Part shown: positions 39,145 to 48,757 of the stretch, one piece after another
Position numbering within the stretch: position 1 is the stretch's first letter
How the letters are laid out: each line of letters begins with the position of its first letter
Source of the DNA: a virus
Virus record (IMG/VR): IMGVR_UViG_3300047667_000558
Coordinates: 2,278-66,277 of that record
Length of the DNA stretch: 64,000 nt
Reading direction: 5' to 3' (one strand)
Translations under genes and position numbers: made by a program
Notes under the pieces: model-generated
Databases searched by the model: none
The model's input: the letters and a program-made list of their open reading frames with translations, nothing else
Told to the model about the DNA's origin: nothing

Positions 39145-40887
39145 ACACTATCAAACATTATCACACCAACAAACCTCGTCACAGCGACAAGCGCAACTAC
39201 GCTTACGAATAAGACGTTAACTGCGCCCGCTCTTGGCACGCCTGTAAGTGGCACATTAACCAATGTCACTGGGCTACCTCCTGCTGGTGTGATTGGCACG
39301 GCGGTCACATTGGATGATACACAGACACTCACAAATAAGACGTTAACTGCGCCTACATTTGACGGTACACCTGATGGCACTACCACGACGTTTATAGGGG
39401 CGGCTGGTGCGTTGATGGACAGCGAGGTAACTAATCTCGCTCAAGTCAAAGCGTTCGATACGACTGACTATGCAACAGCTGCGCAAGGTACGCTTGCAGA
39501 TGATGCAGCTACCTTGGCGTCACCAACATTCACTGGCACCCCAGCAGCACCAACAGCAACCATAGGAACAGACACAACGCAGGTGGCCACAACGGCCTTT
39601 GTGTTAGCAAATGGCAAAGAAATAGCGTCTGAAATCGAAGCCGAGGCTGGCACAGACAACACCAAGGTTATGACACCACTAAGGTCCGCCCAAGCGATTG
39701 CGGCGTTGGCGTCATCCGGTCTTGTGGGTGATATCACCTACACCAAACGAAGCACAGTCGCGACTGGTTTCTTGCGAACGGATGGTGCGGTTTACTTGCA
39801 ATCGGCTTACCCTGCTTTGTTTGCGGTGATAGGTCTTATTCCTAGCTGGGATGAGGCGGTAAAACTTTCAAACCCTTCAAATCTCCCCTCTAGTCTTGTA
39901 ACCGATGTCGCATGGAGTTCCGATAGCGTTTACTTAGCCGCCACTTGGCAACAATCGCCTTATGTGAATATCTATAAAAGATCAGGCGATACTTTTACAA
40001 AACTCACCAACCCTTCAACGCTTCCCCCCAGCTACGCATACGGCGTTTCATTTAGCCCCGATGTCGTTCACATGGTGGTAGGCCACTCTAACTCGCCTTT
40101 CGTGTCTATCTATAAACGCTCTGGCGACACGTTCACAAAGTTGGCAAATCCTTCAAGCCTGCCTAGTAACTACGTGCAAGCTACCGAGTTCAGTCGCGAA
40201 GGGAACTATTTTGTAGCTTGTTTTGCCTCAAACCCTTTCATAGCCGTCTACAAACGATCTGGTGATACATTTACAAAGTTGTCAAACCCTTCAACGCTTC
40301 CGGGCGGGGACGGTTATTGCGCCTCATGGAGCCCGGACGACACTTATCTAGCTTGGGGCGGCAGGGTTTCGCCTTATATAAATATCTACAAACGATCAGG
40401 TGACACATTTACAAAGTTAGCAAATCCTTCAAGCCTGCCGACAGATGATGTCAACGGAGTAGAGTTTAGCCCTGACGGTGTTTATCTAGCCGTTTGCGGT
40501 GACGCGGCAGCTAATGTCCTAGTGTATAAACGATCAGGGGATACATTTACAAAACTTACCAACCCAGCGGCTGTGAGCGGAAACGCGAATGGTGTTACTT
40601 GGAGTCCTGATGGCAGTTACATGATGGTCGCCAGCGGTTCGTCACCTTATATAACTTTTTATGAGAGATCAGGTGATACATTCACAAAGTTGGCAAACCC
40701 CGCTTCGCTTCCGGCTGGTTCAGGCTACGGAATAGCGGCCAGCGGCAACAGCCTATACACGGCGTTAGGCCACAACAGCACGCCTTTCCTTTCTATCTAC
40801 AAAGGGGTTTCCTACGACCCTGACACGGAATTTGAAGTCCCTACAGTTTCATCGGATGACACATCCCCACTAATCAAAGCGGAGTAA
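39139..40887 (+). CDS. Fibre protein, cassette 5: MATLSNIITP head, collar domain and 7-repeat beta-propeller
   Basis: SPTFTGTPAAPT...TQVATTAFV; collar GFLRTDGAVY....YPALFAVIG; seven ~45-aa repeats with (Y/F)(K/E)RSGDTFTKL.NP and W/FSPD. Confidence 0.82.
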   Translation: MATLSNIITPTNLVTATSATTLTNKTLTAPALGTPVSGTLTNVTGLPPAGVIGTAVTLDDTQTLTNKTLTAPTFDGTPDGTTTTFIGAAGALMDSEVTNLAQVKAFDTTDYATAAQGTLADDAATLASPTFTGTPAAPTATIGTDTTQVATTAFVLANGKEIASEIEAEAGTDNTKVMTPLRSAQAIAALASSGLVGDITYTKRSTVATGFLRTDGAVYLQSAYPALFAVIGLIPSWDEAVKLSNPSNLPSSLVTDVAWSSDSVYLAATWQQSPYVNIYKRSGDTFTKLTNPSTLPPSYAYGVSFSPDVVHMVVGHSNSPFVSIYKRSGDTFTKLANPSSLPSNYVQATEFSREGNYFVACFASNPFIAVYKRSGDTFTKLSNPSTLPGGDGYCASWSPDDTYLAWGGRVSPYINIYKRSGDTFTKLANPSSLPTDDVNGVEFSPDGVYLAVCGDAAANVLVYKRSGDTFTKLTNPAAVSGNANGVTWSPDGSYMMVASGSSPYITFYERSGDTFTKLANPASLPAGSGYGIAASGNSLYTALGHNSTPFLSIYKGVSYDPDTEFEVPTVSSDDTSPLIKAE

Positions 40888-40891
40888 GATA

Positions 40892-41470
40892 ATGCGCACA
40901 ATTTACAGTATAGACAAAGATAGCATGTTCTCTGGTGGGGTTCTTGAGATTGGCCCCAAGGATGGACGACCAAAGGGGTGGGTTACAGCGGAAACGCCAC
41001 CACCTGACGGGCTTGCACAATGGAACGGTAACGGGTGGACGGTGCTGGATCAAAGGCCACTACCCCCTGACGTTTACCCTGATGTCCAATCCGCACGCGC
41101 GGCAATGCTGGGCTTTATCGAACGTCTGACAGATCAAGTCACAAGTCAATATCCAAAAGCGGAAGTAGCGGCGTGGCCTTCCAAAGCGGAAGCGGCGCGG
41201 GCTGTTATTGCCGACACTGCGCGGGCCGATCAAGTGGCGTTAATTCAAGACGAAGCCGACATCGTTGGGGCAACCCTTGCAGATCAAGCGGCGGCAATCG
41301 TAGTGAAAGCCGTGGTTTTTGAAGCAATCGTCGCGAAGGTTTCGGGCTTGCGTCAATCTACAGACGCGGCGTTGGTCTTGGCGACTACATCGGCAGAACG
41401 TGAGGCGGTTCTTGATGCGGCAACTATCCAAGCCACGGACATGGCCACAGCATATGGGCTTATAGTATGA
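40892..41470 (+). CDS. Putative fibre assembly protein, cassette 5
   Basis: N-terminal PP...WNG.GW; helical YP..E...WP.K.EAA domain typical of tail-associated proteins. Confidence 0.65.
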   Translation: MRTIYSIDKDSMFSGGVLEIGPKDGRPKGWVTAETPPPDGLAQWNGNGWTVLDQRPLPPDVYPDVQSARAAMLGFIERLTDQVTSQYPKAEVAAWPSKAEAARAVIADTARADQVALIQDEADIVGATLADQAAAIVVKAVVFEAIVAKVSGLRQSTDAALVLATTSAEREAVLDAATIQATDMATAYGLIV

Positions 41471-41512
41471 ATCATAACTACTCCGAAATCCGTGTCATTG
41501 GCTTCAGTATTT

Positions 41513-41578
41513 CGAGGATATGGAGAAATAGTCAACTGTACCGTCGATAAATAATAGTAACAAGGAAAAGACATGGCA
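41513..41578 (+). repeat. 66-bp cassette leader copy (late promoter + RBS)
   Basis: Matches 39079-39144 throughout, and matches 32065 downstream of TAAATA. Confidence 0.92.
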
Positions 41579-43273
41579 GAAACAAACAGAGAGACCCTTA
41601 AAGGGTCCATTACAATCAATCTACCCAACAATACGACTGGTGAAATTACTGCGGGTGATATACGTGATGCGTTGCATGACATTGCGGATAGTGTCCCGTT
41701 TAAATACACTTCGCAAGGAATTCCGCCAGTAGCAAACGACGATATTAATGGTACCGCGAGCCATGGATCATTTGCCATTGGCGACCAATGGGTAGACGTT
41801 GCTTCGGACATTATTTACATTTGCGCCGATAACACAGCTAATGCTGCAATTTGGCAAATATTAGCTACAAATTTTCCAGTTATTGGTGACGGTGCCGCAG
41901 CGATTAATCAAGTAGCAATTTGGCAAAACGATTCATTAATAGAAGGTTCGGCAGATTTTACATTTGCGGCAGGTGTGCTGAATGTATTAGGAACAATTAC
42001 AACGTCTGCAGACGCCACAATAAATGCTCTTACAATAGGTAATGGTGGAAATAATGATGCATCTAACACAGCCATTGGCCAAGCATCACTAATAGCAAAC
42101 ACTCTTGGTAGCAATAATGCAGCCACAGGCTCACGCACGTTAACTGCGAACACTGAGGGTACCAACAATGTAGCTACTGGGACGCATGCTTTAACTGCAA
42201 ACACTATTGGCAACTCCAATACAGCTACTGGGGCGTATACATTATCTGCAAACACTACTGGCATTAATAATACAGCTACTGGCAACGATGCATTATTTTT
42301 TAACACGACTGGTTCCAAGAATGTAGCTACTGGAAAAGATGCATTATATTCTAACACGACAGGTAACAATAATATAGCAACTGGTGGGGATGCTTTGTAT
42401 ACTAACACGACTGGTATTCAAAATATAGCAACTGGTGGAGATGCATTATTTTTTAACACAACTGGTAACAATAATATAGCAACTGGCTATCAATCATTAT
42501 ATTCTAACACTATTGGCAATAGTAACGTGGCTAATGGCGCGTTTGCATTACGTGAAAACACGACTGGTGGCAATAATGTAGCTAATGGATATAAGTCATT
42601 AAATGTGAATACAACTGGCGACAATAATGTGGCTAATGGCGCATTCGCACTATATATTAACACTACTGGTGCAGATAATGTAGCTACTGGCACGAATGCG
42701 TTGTATTCTAACACTACTGGTGCGGATAATGTAGCTACTGGCACGAATGCGTTGTATTCTAACACTACTGGTGCCAACAACGTAGCTTCTGGCACGAATG
42801 CGTTGTATTCTAACACTACTGGCTCCGGCAACATAGCATTCGGTTCGTTAACTTCCGCCGGAACCTACGCCCCTGTTTTTGACGCGACAACCGAAGACAA
42901 CAGGCTCGTTGCTGGTCACACCTCCATCACAAACGCCTACGTGCAAGTCGCATGGACTGTTGTATCTGACGAGCGCGACAAGACAGCGTTCGCGCCAGTC
43001 CCTCACGGCTTGGACTTTGTAAACGCCCTTAAACCAACTGAATACCAATTCAAGGTTGGTGGTCGCGAAGGCCCCGCTGATGGTATCACGCGCTATGGTT
43101 TCTTGGCCCAAGACATTCTGGCACTTGAAGGTGAAAACCCTGTCTTGGTTGACAGAGAAGACCCCGAAAGCTTGAAGCTCAAAGAGAGTAACTTACTGCC
43201 TATAATGGTTAATGCCATTCAAAACCTTTCCGCAGAAGTTGAAAAACTAAAATCCCAACTAGGAGAAAAATAA
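41573..43273 (+). CDS. Fibre protein, cassette 6: MxETNR head, 17-aa beta-roll repeats and C-terminal intramolecular chaperone (peptidase S74)
   Basis: About 15 NTTG.NN.A.G..AL repeats; SDERDK...GLDFV..LKP..Y...GFLAQD followed by a coiled coil. Confidence 0.85.
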   Translation: MAETNRETLKGSITINLPNNTTGEITAGDIRDALHDIADSVPFKYTSQGIPPVANDDINGTASHGSFAIGDQWVDVASDIIYICADNTANAAIWQILATNFPVIGDGAAAINQVAIWQNDSLIEGSADFTFAAGVLNVLGTITTSADATINALTIGNGGNNDASNTAIGQASLIANTLGSNNAATGSRTLTANTEGTNNVATGTHALTANTIGNSNTATGAYTLSANTTGINNTATGNDALFFNTTGSKNVATGKDALYSNTTGNNNIATGGDALYTNTTGIQNIATGGDALFFNTTGNNNIATGYQSLYSNTIGNSNVANGAFALRENTTGGNNVANGYKSLNVNTTGDNNVANGAFALYINTTGADNVATGTNALYSNTTGADNVATGTNALYSNTTGANNVASGTNALYSNTTGSGNIAFGSLTSAGTYAPVFDATTEDNRLVAGHTSITNAYVQVAWTVVSDERDKTAFAPVPHGLDFVNALKPTEYQFKVGGREGPADGITRYGFLAQDILALEGENPVLVDREDPESLKLKESNLLPIMVNAIQNLSAEVEKLKSQLGEK

Positions 43274-43482
43274 TGAACGATATAACAGTAGAACAAATTG
43301 CCCAAAACTACACTGCAATGGGTCACTCGGTTGACTTGATTAACGCTGGACAACCAGAAGGTATGTCTGATGCTGAATGGACAGACCTCGTAGATCGCAA
43401 TGTAAGCCATTTACAACTAATGGTAGCCAAAGACTATTGGACAACTGAAGATATGACTGCGGTAAATACTGCTATAGAGTAA
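43273..43482 (+). CDS. Small fibre-associated protein (69 aa)
   Basis: TAATG-coupled; IAQ.Y.AM..SVDLI...RNV.HL..M.AKDYWTTEDM. Confidence 0.7.
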   Translation: MNDITVEQIAQNYTAMGHSVDLINAGQPEGMSDAEWTDLVDRNVSHLQLMVAKDYWTTEDMTAVNTAIE

Positions 43483-43575
43483 AAACATAGTTTTTATCAG
43501 CTATATTTGTGTAAAACGGTGCCATATTAGTCATGATTGATACTGCTAAATACTACAATAGAACAAGGTAACACA

Positions 43576-44151
43576 GTGGATCATTTGAAATTACATGTAG
43601 ACGGACACGTTTTGATAACAGACGTTGACACAGGCGAGGTTATTATGAACCGTCGCAATGCGATACACCGTGAAAATATGAGTGCGGCGATTGCAGGTAC
43701 TATGACTAATACGGCGTACAGCAATGGGCTTGCAGGCTTTATACATGCAATGGCCTTTGGAAATGACGGCGTGGCAGTAGATAATAGCGGTAACATTACC
43801 TACAACTCACCAAATATCACTGGTGTGACTGCCACGCTGCACAATCAGACTTATTCTAAATTTGTGGATTTCTCTACAGACGACGATCCTGCAAACAACA
43901 CAGCCATAGTTCATTCTGGTGGCACCACTTTCAGTGATATAGTTATCACGAGCACTTTAGATTATGGCGAGCCTGTTGGACAGAACGCCCTCGACGACAC
44001 AAATAACCAAGAAGGCGATTTTGTATTTGACGAGATCGGTCTAGTGTCACAGCAAGGTAGATTACTCACACATTTAATTTTTCACCCAGTACAAAAGAGT
44101 GCTAATAGAAAAATTCAAATAGTATATACCGTAAGAATATCAGTAGGATAA
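43576..44151 (+). CDS. Virion structural/baseplate protein
   Basis: NAIH.ENMS, FDEIGL and THLIFHPVQKSANR motifs. CTAAATA at 43546-43552 and an AAGG RBS support a GTG start at 43576. Confidence 0.75.
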   Translation: MDHLKLHVDGHVLITDVDTGEVIMNRRNAIHRENMSAAIAGTMTNTAYSNGLAGFIHAMAFGNDGVAVDNSGNITYNSPNITGVTATLHNQTYSKFVDFSTDDDPANNTAIVHSGGTTFSDIVITSTLDYGEPVGQNALDDTNNQEGDFVFDEIGLVSQQGRLLTHLIFHPVQKSANRKIQIVYTVRISVG

Positions 44152-44155
44152 CATA

Positions 44156-45214
44156 ATGGCATATACAATAAATTACTCCAATGGGAATAAACCATCGATC
44201 ACCGTTGCGAAGGCAACAGTCGACACCTCCACTAACATCGGGTTAGTGGGACAAGGGTATATTGATTATGGTGAAGTCGTCGCCGAAGATTTGCTGCACA
44301 TACTAGAAAACTTTGCTAATGCCTCTGCGCCTAGTAAGCCAGTTGAAGGCCAGTTATGGTATGATACAGATTTAAACTCGCTAAAATATTTTGACGAAAC
44401 CATTGCCAATTCTGGCAACTGGAAACCAATTGCTAGTATGTCGTACCAGTCAACAGCACCGACCACAGTTGGTGAAACAGACGGTCATTTTTGGCTTGAC
44501 AGCGACACAGGTTTGTTACACATTTATTATAATGGAGCATGGATTGCGATTACCGACGTCGTAGGCGACACACGTGTGATTGCTCGGACACGGTACGACA
44601 CCAGTGACGCAACTCACCGCACACTCGAAGTAATTGTGGCAGGTGAAATTGTTAGTATTACTAGCAGTGACGCCGATGATTGGGCACCACAAAATAGTGG
44701 CACAAACACAGAATATTTAGAAGACGGTATTACGTTTCTGAATACAGAATTCACAACCATTACCCAAGGTATCAACCTAAATGAAGGTGATGCGTACTTT
44801 TTCTCAGGTACTGCAACGTCTGCATTGTATGCCGACTTGGCGGAGCGATATGCGTCAGACGCAGTTTATAGCTTCGGCCACGTAGTTAAAATTGGCGGCA
44901 CAAAAGAAATCACCGAAACAACTACAACAGGATGTACTGATGTCTTTGGAATAATTTCAGAAAAACCAGCGTTTGCTATGAATAGTGGCGCGGGCACAGC
45001 CGCAACTCATCCGTATGTGGCTTTGTCAGGCCGTATTCCAGTCAAGGTCATCGGCATAGTGAACAAAGGCGAACGCCTTGTAGCAAGCGCGACAGCAGGT
45101 CACGCCCAAGCCGCATCATTGGACGCCGATTGGCGCAGCATCATTGGCCGTGCATTAGAAAATAAAATTGATGATGGCTCTGGTCACATCGAGGTGGTTG
45201 TAGGGACAAAATAA
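44156..45214 (+). CDS. Virion structural fibre-like protein with C-terminal autoproteolytic chaperone (ADLAE...GRIPVKV)
   Basis: YGE...E.LLH.LENFA...P..P..GQLWYD N-terminus; YADLAERY...VALSGRIPVKV C-terminus. Confidence 0.75.
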   Translation: MAYTINYSNGNKPSITVAKATVDTSTNIGLVGQGYIDYGEVVAEDLLHILENFANASAPSKPVEGQLWYDTDLNSLKYFDETIANSGNWKPIASMSYQSTAPTTVGETDGHFWLDSDTGLLHIYYNGAWIAITDVVGDTRVIARTRYDTSDATHRTLEVIVAGEIVSITSSDADDWAPQNSGTNTEYLEDGITFLNTEFTTITQGINLNEGDAYFFSGTATSALYADLAERYASDAVYSFGHVVKIGGTKEITETTTTGCTDVFGIISEKPAFAMNSGAGTAATHPYVALSGRIPVKVIGIVNKGERLVASATAGHAQAASLDADWRSIIGRALENKIDDGSGHIEVVVGTK

Positions 45215-46699
45215 GTGAATCTAATACTAGGTGGCCTAATTGAAATTGCAGACTACAATGAGTTAGCACTAGAGATAAATCGTATCTTTAGTGACGCCAC
45301 CACGAGTCTTGTATGGTCAACTAGTAATATAGTGTTAGACGACGTTGCAGACGGGGCAGGAGAGCCTGCTAACGCGACCAGAACATTGACACCAAGTCCC
45401 CTAGATACAGACTTTTTAACAATAAGTGTAGACGGCATGACCCTAGACCTTGACGTTGACTATACTATCGCATATGGTGGCACAGTTGAAGTCACATACT
45501 TAGGCGCGTTGCCTGCAAATGCAATATTGAAAACTTGGAATAGAACCGCGCATAGATATGGTTGGGGACAACAGGCTAGCGTGCATCCAATCACGGTTGG
45601 ACAAGTTGTGCTAGCTGACGAAGCCACACTTCAGGCATATTTAGAAGCAAATGTCAATAATCTTATTGATAAGGTGAATATCATGGAAGTCCACACAGGT
45701 GGTCCCAGTGCATTAACACGTGTAGCAATGGGTGACTTGATCTATGCTACCGACAAAACACTGATTGCGACCACAGTAGAAACAGACATTCTCGTGGGCA
45801 CAAATTACTGGCAGAATGATCTAGCCACAGTGTTTGCTGACGAGTTAGAATTTACCCGCACGTATGATTGGAACAATCTTCTAACTGCCGAAATACAACA
45901 TTACTGGGAAAATTACGACTCTTTCCGGTATTTTTTTAACTCAGGCAACGAACTGCGCGGAAACTTGTCAATGACAGGGGACGCCCAAAACCAAGGATAT
46001 GCTAACTGGAATCAAGTATGTACATTGATGGGTACCTTGTCAATCAATTATGACACAAGCTTTCAATCAGGATCAGGTGGCACATCTGCTGGCCTTGGGG
46101 CATACGATTTAACTACAGAATGGCAAACGGTGTTTACATCATCATCACCACAATTCCCAGTTAACGATACAGGCGAATACAATGGTGTGCCAGGCGACGA
46201 GTACAGTACATACATTGAACTCGTAATCGCGTGGGAAGCCCGTATTGTAGAGAATGTCCCAAGCGTGGGCAACATTGCTCTTGAGCTACGCGCTATTATG
46301 AGTGACACGGCGCTAAATGTTACTACAACAGGCACAACAACATATCGTGGCAGCTATCTGTTAGCAGACGATATTATCGATAACTCTGCTACCTTTAGCC
46401 AAATTGCTAATGTTCCCGCATTTTTGGCCACCAACGCGTTTAACGCAGACTCTACAACGGCCATCACCAATATCACACAGGCATCAATCGCAGTTGTCAC
46501 TGTTGCTGACACGTCCTTGTTGACTGACGGCAGCTTTATAACGATTACTGGCGTGATTGGCATGACACAAGTGAATGATCTAGAATTTACGATTAGTATC
46601 GTAGACTCGACAACATTCCAACTAGTGTCGGTAAATTCCACCGGATATACCGCGTATGTGTCTGATGGCACAATAACTTATCCTATTTCCAACACATAA
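45215..46699 (+). CDS. Virion structural protein
   Basis: YGWGQ and RYFFNSG motifs; C-terminal ITNITQA..AVVT...GV.GMT..N beta domain. Confidence 0.7.
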   Translation: MNLILGGLIEIADYNELALEINRIFSDATTSLVWSTSNIVLDDVADGAGEPANATRTLTPSPLDTDFLTISVDGMTLDLDVDYTIAYGGTVEVTYLGALPANAILKTWNRTAHRYGWGQQASVHPITVGQVVLADEATLQAYLEANVNNLIDKVNIMEVHTGGPSALTRVAMGDLIYATDKTLIATTVETDILVGTNYWQNDLATVFADELEFTRTYDWNNLLTAEIQHYWENYDSFRYFFNSGNELRGNLSMTGDAQNQGYANWNQVCTLMGTLSINYDTSFQSGSGGTSAGLGAYDLTTEWQTVFTSSSPQFPVNDTGEYNGVPGDEYSTYIELVIAWEARIVENVPSVGNIALELRAIMSDTALNVTTTGTTTYRGSYLLADDIIDNSATFSQIANVPAFLATNAFNADSTTAITNITQASIAVVTVADTSLLTDGSFITITGVIGMTQVNDLEFTISIVDSTTFQLVSVNSTGYTAYVSDGTITYPISNT

Positions 46700-46704
46700 A
46701 ACAC

Positions 46705-46733
46705 TTGACATTTTATTGATATATACGTATACT
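46705..46733 (+). promoter_or_regulatory. sigma70-type promoter for the GT/radical-SAM operon
   Basis: TTGACA-17 nt-TATACT, followed by an AAGGA RBS. Confidence 0.8.
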
Positions 46734-46759
46734 GATAGAGTATAACTGAAGGAACTCCC

Positions 46760-47107
46760 ATGGATGAACGACTTGAAAAGGCCCTAGCCTTTTCCAATTA
46801 TCGCATTACAATTGAAAATAAACGGATCGCACTAAAGCGCAGATTTGCTGCCATGTTGGTTGTGCACAACAACAATGGCATGTTTTTGGCTGACGCCGCG
46901 ACTATTAGCTTTGTTGCTACCCTACTCGAAGCAGGTCACACAGATAGTGTGTTGATTGACCAAAAAGACGCGCCCATCGAAGTCACAGACTTGCCAACCT
47001 TTAAGGCAGAGTTGATTGACGTCTATTACAAAGCAACCAATGAATACGCGTCAGAAATGAAAAAACTTTCCACGGCTCGCAATGTCAAAAAGGCCATGGA
47101 TTGGTGA
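46760..47107 (+). CDS. Hypothetical protein (MDERLEKAL...)
   Basis: Good RBS; first gene of the operon. Confidence 0.8.
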   Translation: MDERLEKALAFSNYRITIENKRIALKRRFAAMLVVHNNNGMFLADAATISFVATLLEAGHTDSVLIDQKDAPIEVTDLPTFKAELIDVYYKATNEYASEMKKLSTARNVKKAMDW

Positions 47108-47994
47108 TGACATCAGGCGTAGCATTTTTTGCTTATAACACCACCCACATTGATTATTTAAAACTGGCAGTGTTAGCAGGACGGTATGTTAAGCGGAATA
47201 TGCCTGATCGCGAAATATGCCTGATCACTGATAAAGGATCATGGGAATGGTTTCGCAATAGTCCCACGGGTGAGATGGCGGACGGGACTTTTGACGACGT
47301 AGTGTTGTTGGATGCCGACCCAGTTGTAAATAACCGTAGACACCGCGATTCACCATATACTGAATTTGTCAGTGATTTCAAGAATGGTAACAAGCATTTA
47401 GTGTTTGATCATACCCCGTATGACCGAACACTACTATTAGACATTGACTATATCGTACAGAACAATTCACTTGATTATGTATTTAATTCTGACGACTCGG
47501 TGACATTGTTCCATGACGCTGAGTCCCTTGTCGGCAAGCCTCCGCATGCAGCACAGCGTCATCTAGACGCACAGGGTATACCAATGTTATGGAGCACCGC
47601 TGTTTATTTTGATAAGACCAATCCTACTACTAAGCTATTTTTTGATATGTGGGCACATGTCCGTGCCAACTATGATTACTATCAATTTCTGTATGGATTT
47701 CCTGGTACTATGTTTCGCACAGACTTTTGTGTCAGCATTGCAGTACATCTGTTGAATGGAATGGGAATGGGTAACGTCATAGGCGACTTCCCCACGCCAA
47801 TGATTAACATGAGCCAACTAGACGACATTGCCAAGATCAACCAAGTGAATGAATGGGTCTTTTCGGTCACAGATCAAGTAGAAACTTGGAAAACATCATT
47901 AACATCTATTAAAGATGAAAATGTTCATGTAATGAACAAACGAGCATTAGACCGACATTTTGATACTATTATAACAGAATTGGATAAAACATGA
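47107..47994 (+). CDS. GT-A fold nucleotide-diphospho-sugar transferase-like protein
   Basis: G..FFAYN, ICLITD, TPYDRTLLLDIDY (DxD), FRTDF, HVMNK. Confidence 0.75.
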   Translation: MTSGVAFFAYNTTHIDYLKLAVLAGRYVKRNMPDREICLITDKGSWEWFRNSPTGEMADGTFDDVVLLDADPVVNNRRHRDSPYTEFVSDFKNGNKHLVFDHTPYDRTLLLDIDYIVQNNSLDYVFNSDDSVTLFHDAESLVGKPPHAAQRHLDAQGIPMLWSTAVYFDKTNPTTKLFFDMWAHVRANYDYYQFLYGFPGTMFRTDFCVSIAVHLLNGMGMGNVIGDFPTPMINMSQLDDIAKINQVNEWVFSVTDQVETWKTSLTSIKDENVHVMNKRALDRHFDTIITELDKT

Positions 47995-48326
47995 ACGACG
48001 CACCGGATAACATTTGGGCTGGTCCCTCTGAGGATGATAAGGGCGTTTTTTGGGACGTAGGGCATTGGGATGCTGATTTCGACAAAGGCTGCGTTAAATA
48101 CCTCCGGTACGATAAGCATAGGGATTATATGGCCGACATGAGGGCAGCGTTTTACGGGTCATGTGATCAAATTGATGAGTATAGAGAACAACGCGAGACG
48201 GATAAGGCAAGGATAGAAGAGCTTGAGGCGACATTGACAGCTATGATACATAGTTTTGATAACCGACTAATAGACATGGACGACGCCCGCAATCTCGCTT
48301 ACAAAGCCCTACGGGAAGACACATGA
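47991..48326 (+). CDS. Small hypothetical protein (ARIEELEA coiled coil)
   Basis: ATGA overlaps at both ends. Confidence 0.65.
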   Translation: MNDAPDNIWAGPSEDDKGVFWDVGHWDADFDKGCVKYLRYDKHRDYMADMRAAFYGSCDQIDEYREQRETDKARIEELEATLTAMIHSFDNRLIDMDDARNLAYKALREDT

Positions 48327-48757
48327 CAGACATTACTGAAAGATTGAAAGAAGCACATGCTCTTTATGATAAGGTAGGCATTCATGGGGCGAATGGTGCC
48401 GGATTGATGGTGGATGCTCTCGCAAGGATAGAAGAGCTTGAAGCCGCACGGGATTTCGGCATCATTGAAGGTGACATAGTTGCCCACCTTCAAGTCGTTG
48501 CGCTAACGGCGAGAGTTGAAGAGCTTACGGCGGCACTGGATGCGTTACGCGGTCGTTATCGTTTATATTCAGGGTGGCCTGAAATGAGTTGGGCGGGCCA
48601 CACCGACGTGGCCTTGCTAAAAATGGCAGATCAAGCCCTAGGAGATACCCCAGCCCCAGCCATAGCAGACTGCTTATGCCCAAATCCCAGAATGATTGGA
48701 GCCAATTCCGTAAGTTGGCATTGTGACATATGTGGAAAGGATGGGGTGGTCTCATGA
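48323..48757 (+). CDS. Small hypothetical protein (coiled coil; C-terminal CxC...CxxC)
   Basis: ATGA overlaps at both ends; MTDITERL start. Confidence 0.65.
   Translation: MTDITERLKEAHALYDKVGIHGANGAGLMVDALARIEELEAARDFGIIEGDIVAHLQVVALTARVEELTAALDALRGRYRLYSGWPEMSWAGHTDVALLKMADQALGDTPAPAIADCLCPNPRMIGANSVSWHCDICGKDGVVS

Noticed and set aside
25728-43482. Shufflon/invertible tail-fibre locus or a classical integron
   Set aside because: All cassettes are co-oriented and each has its own promoter. No inverted sites, attC-like hairpins or recombinase were recognised in the window.
46450-46699. Ubiquitin E1 FCCH-like domain suggesting a ubiquitin system
   Set aside because: It is a small beta domain at the end of a structural protein; no E1 catalytic, E2 or Ubl genes are nearby.
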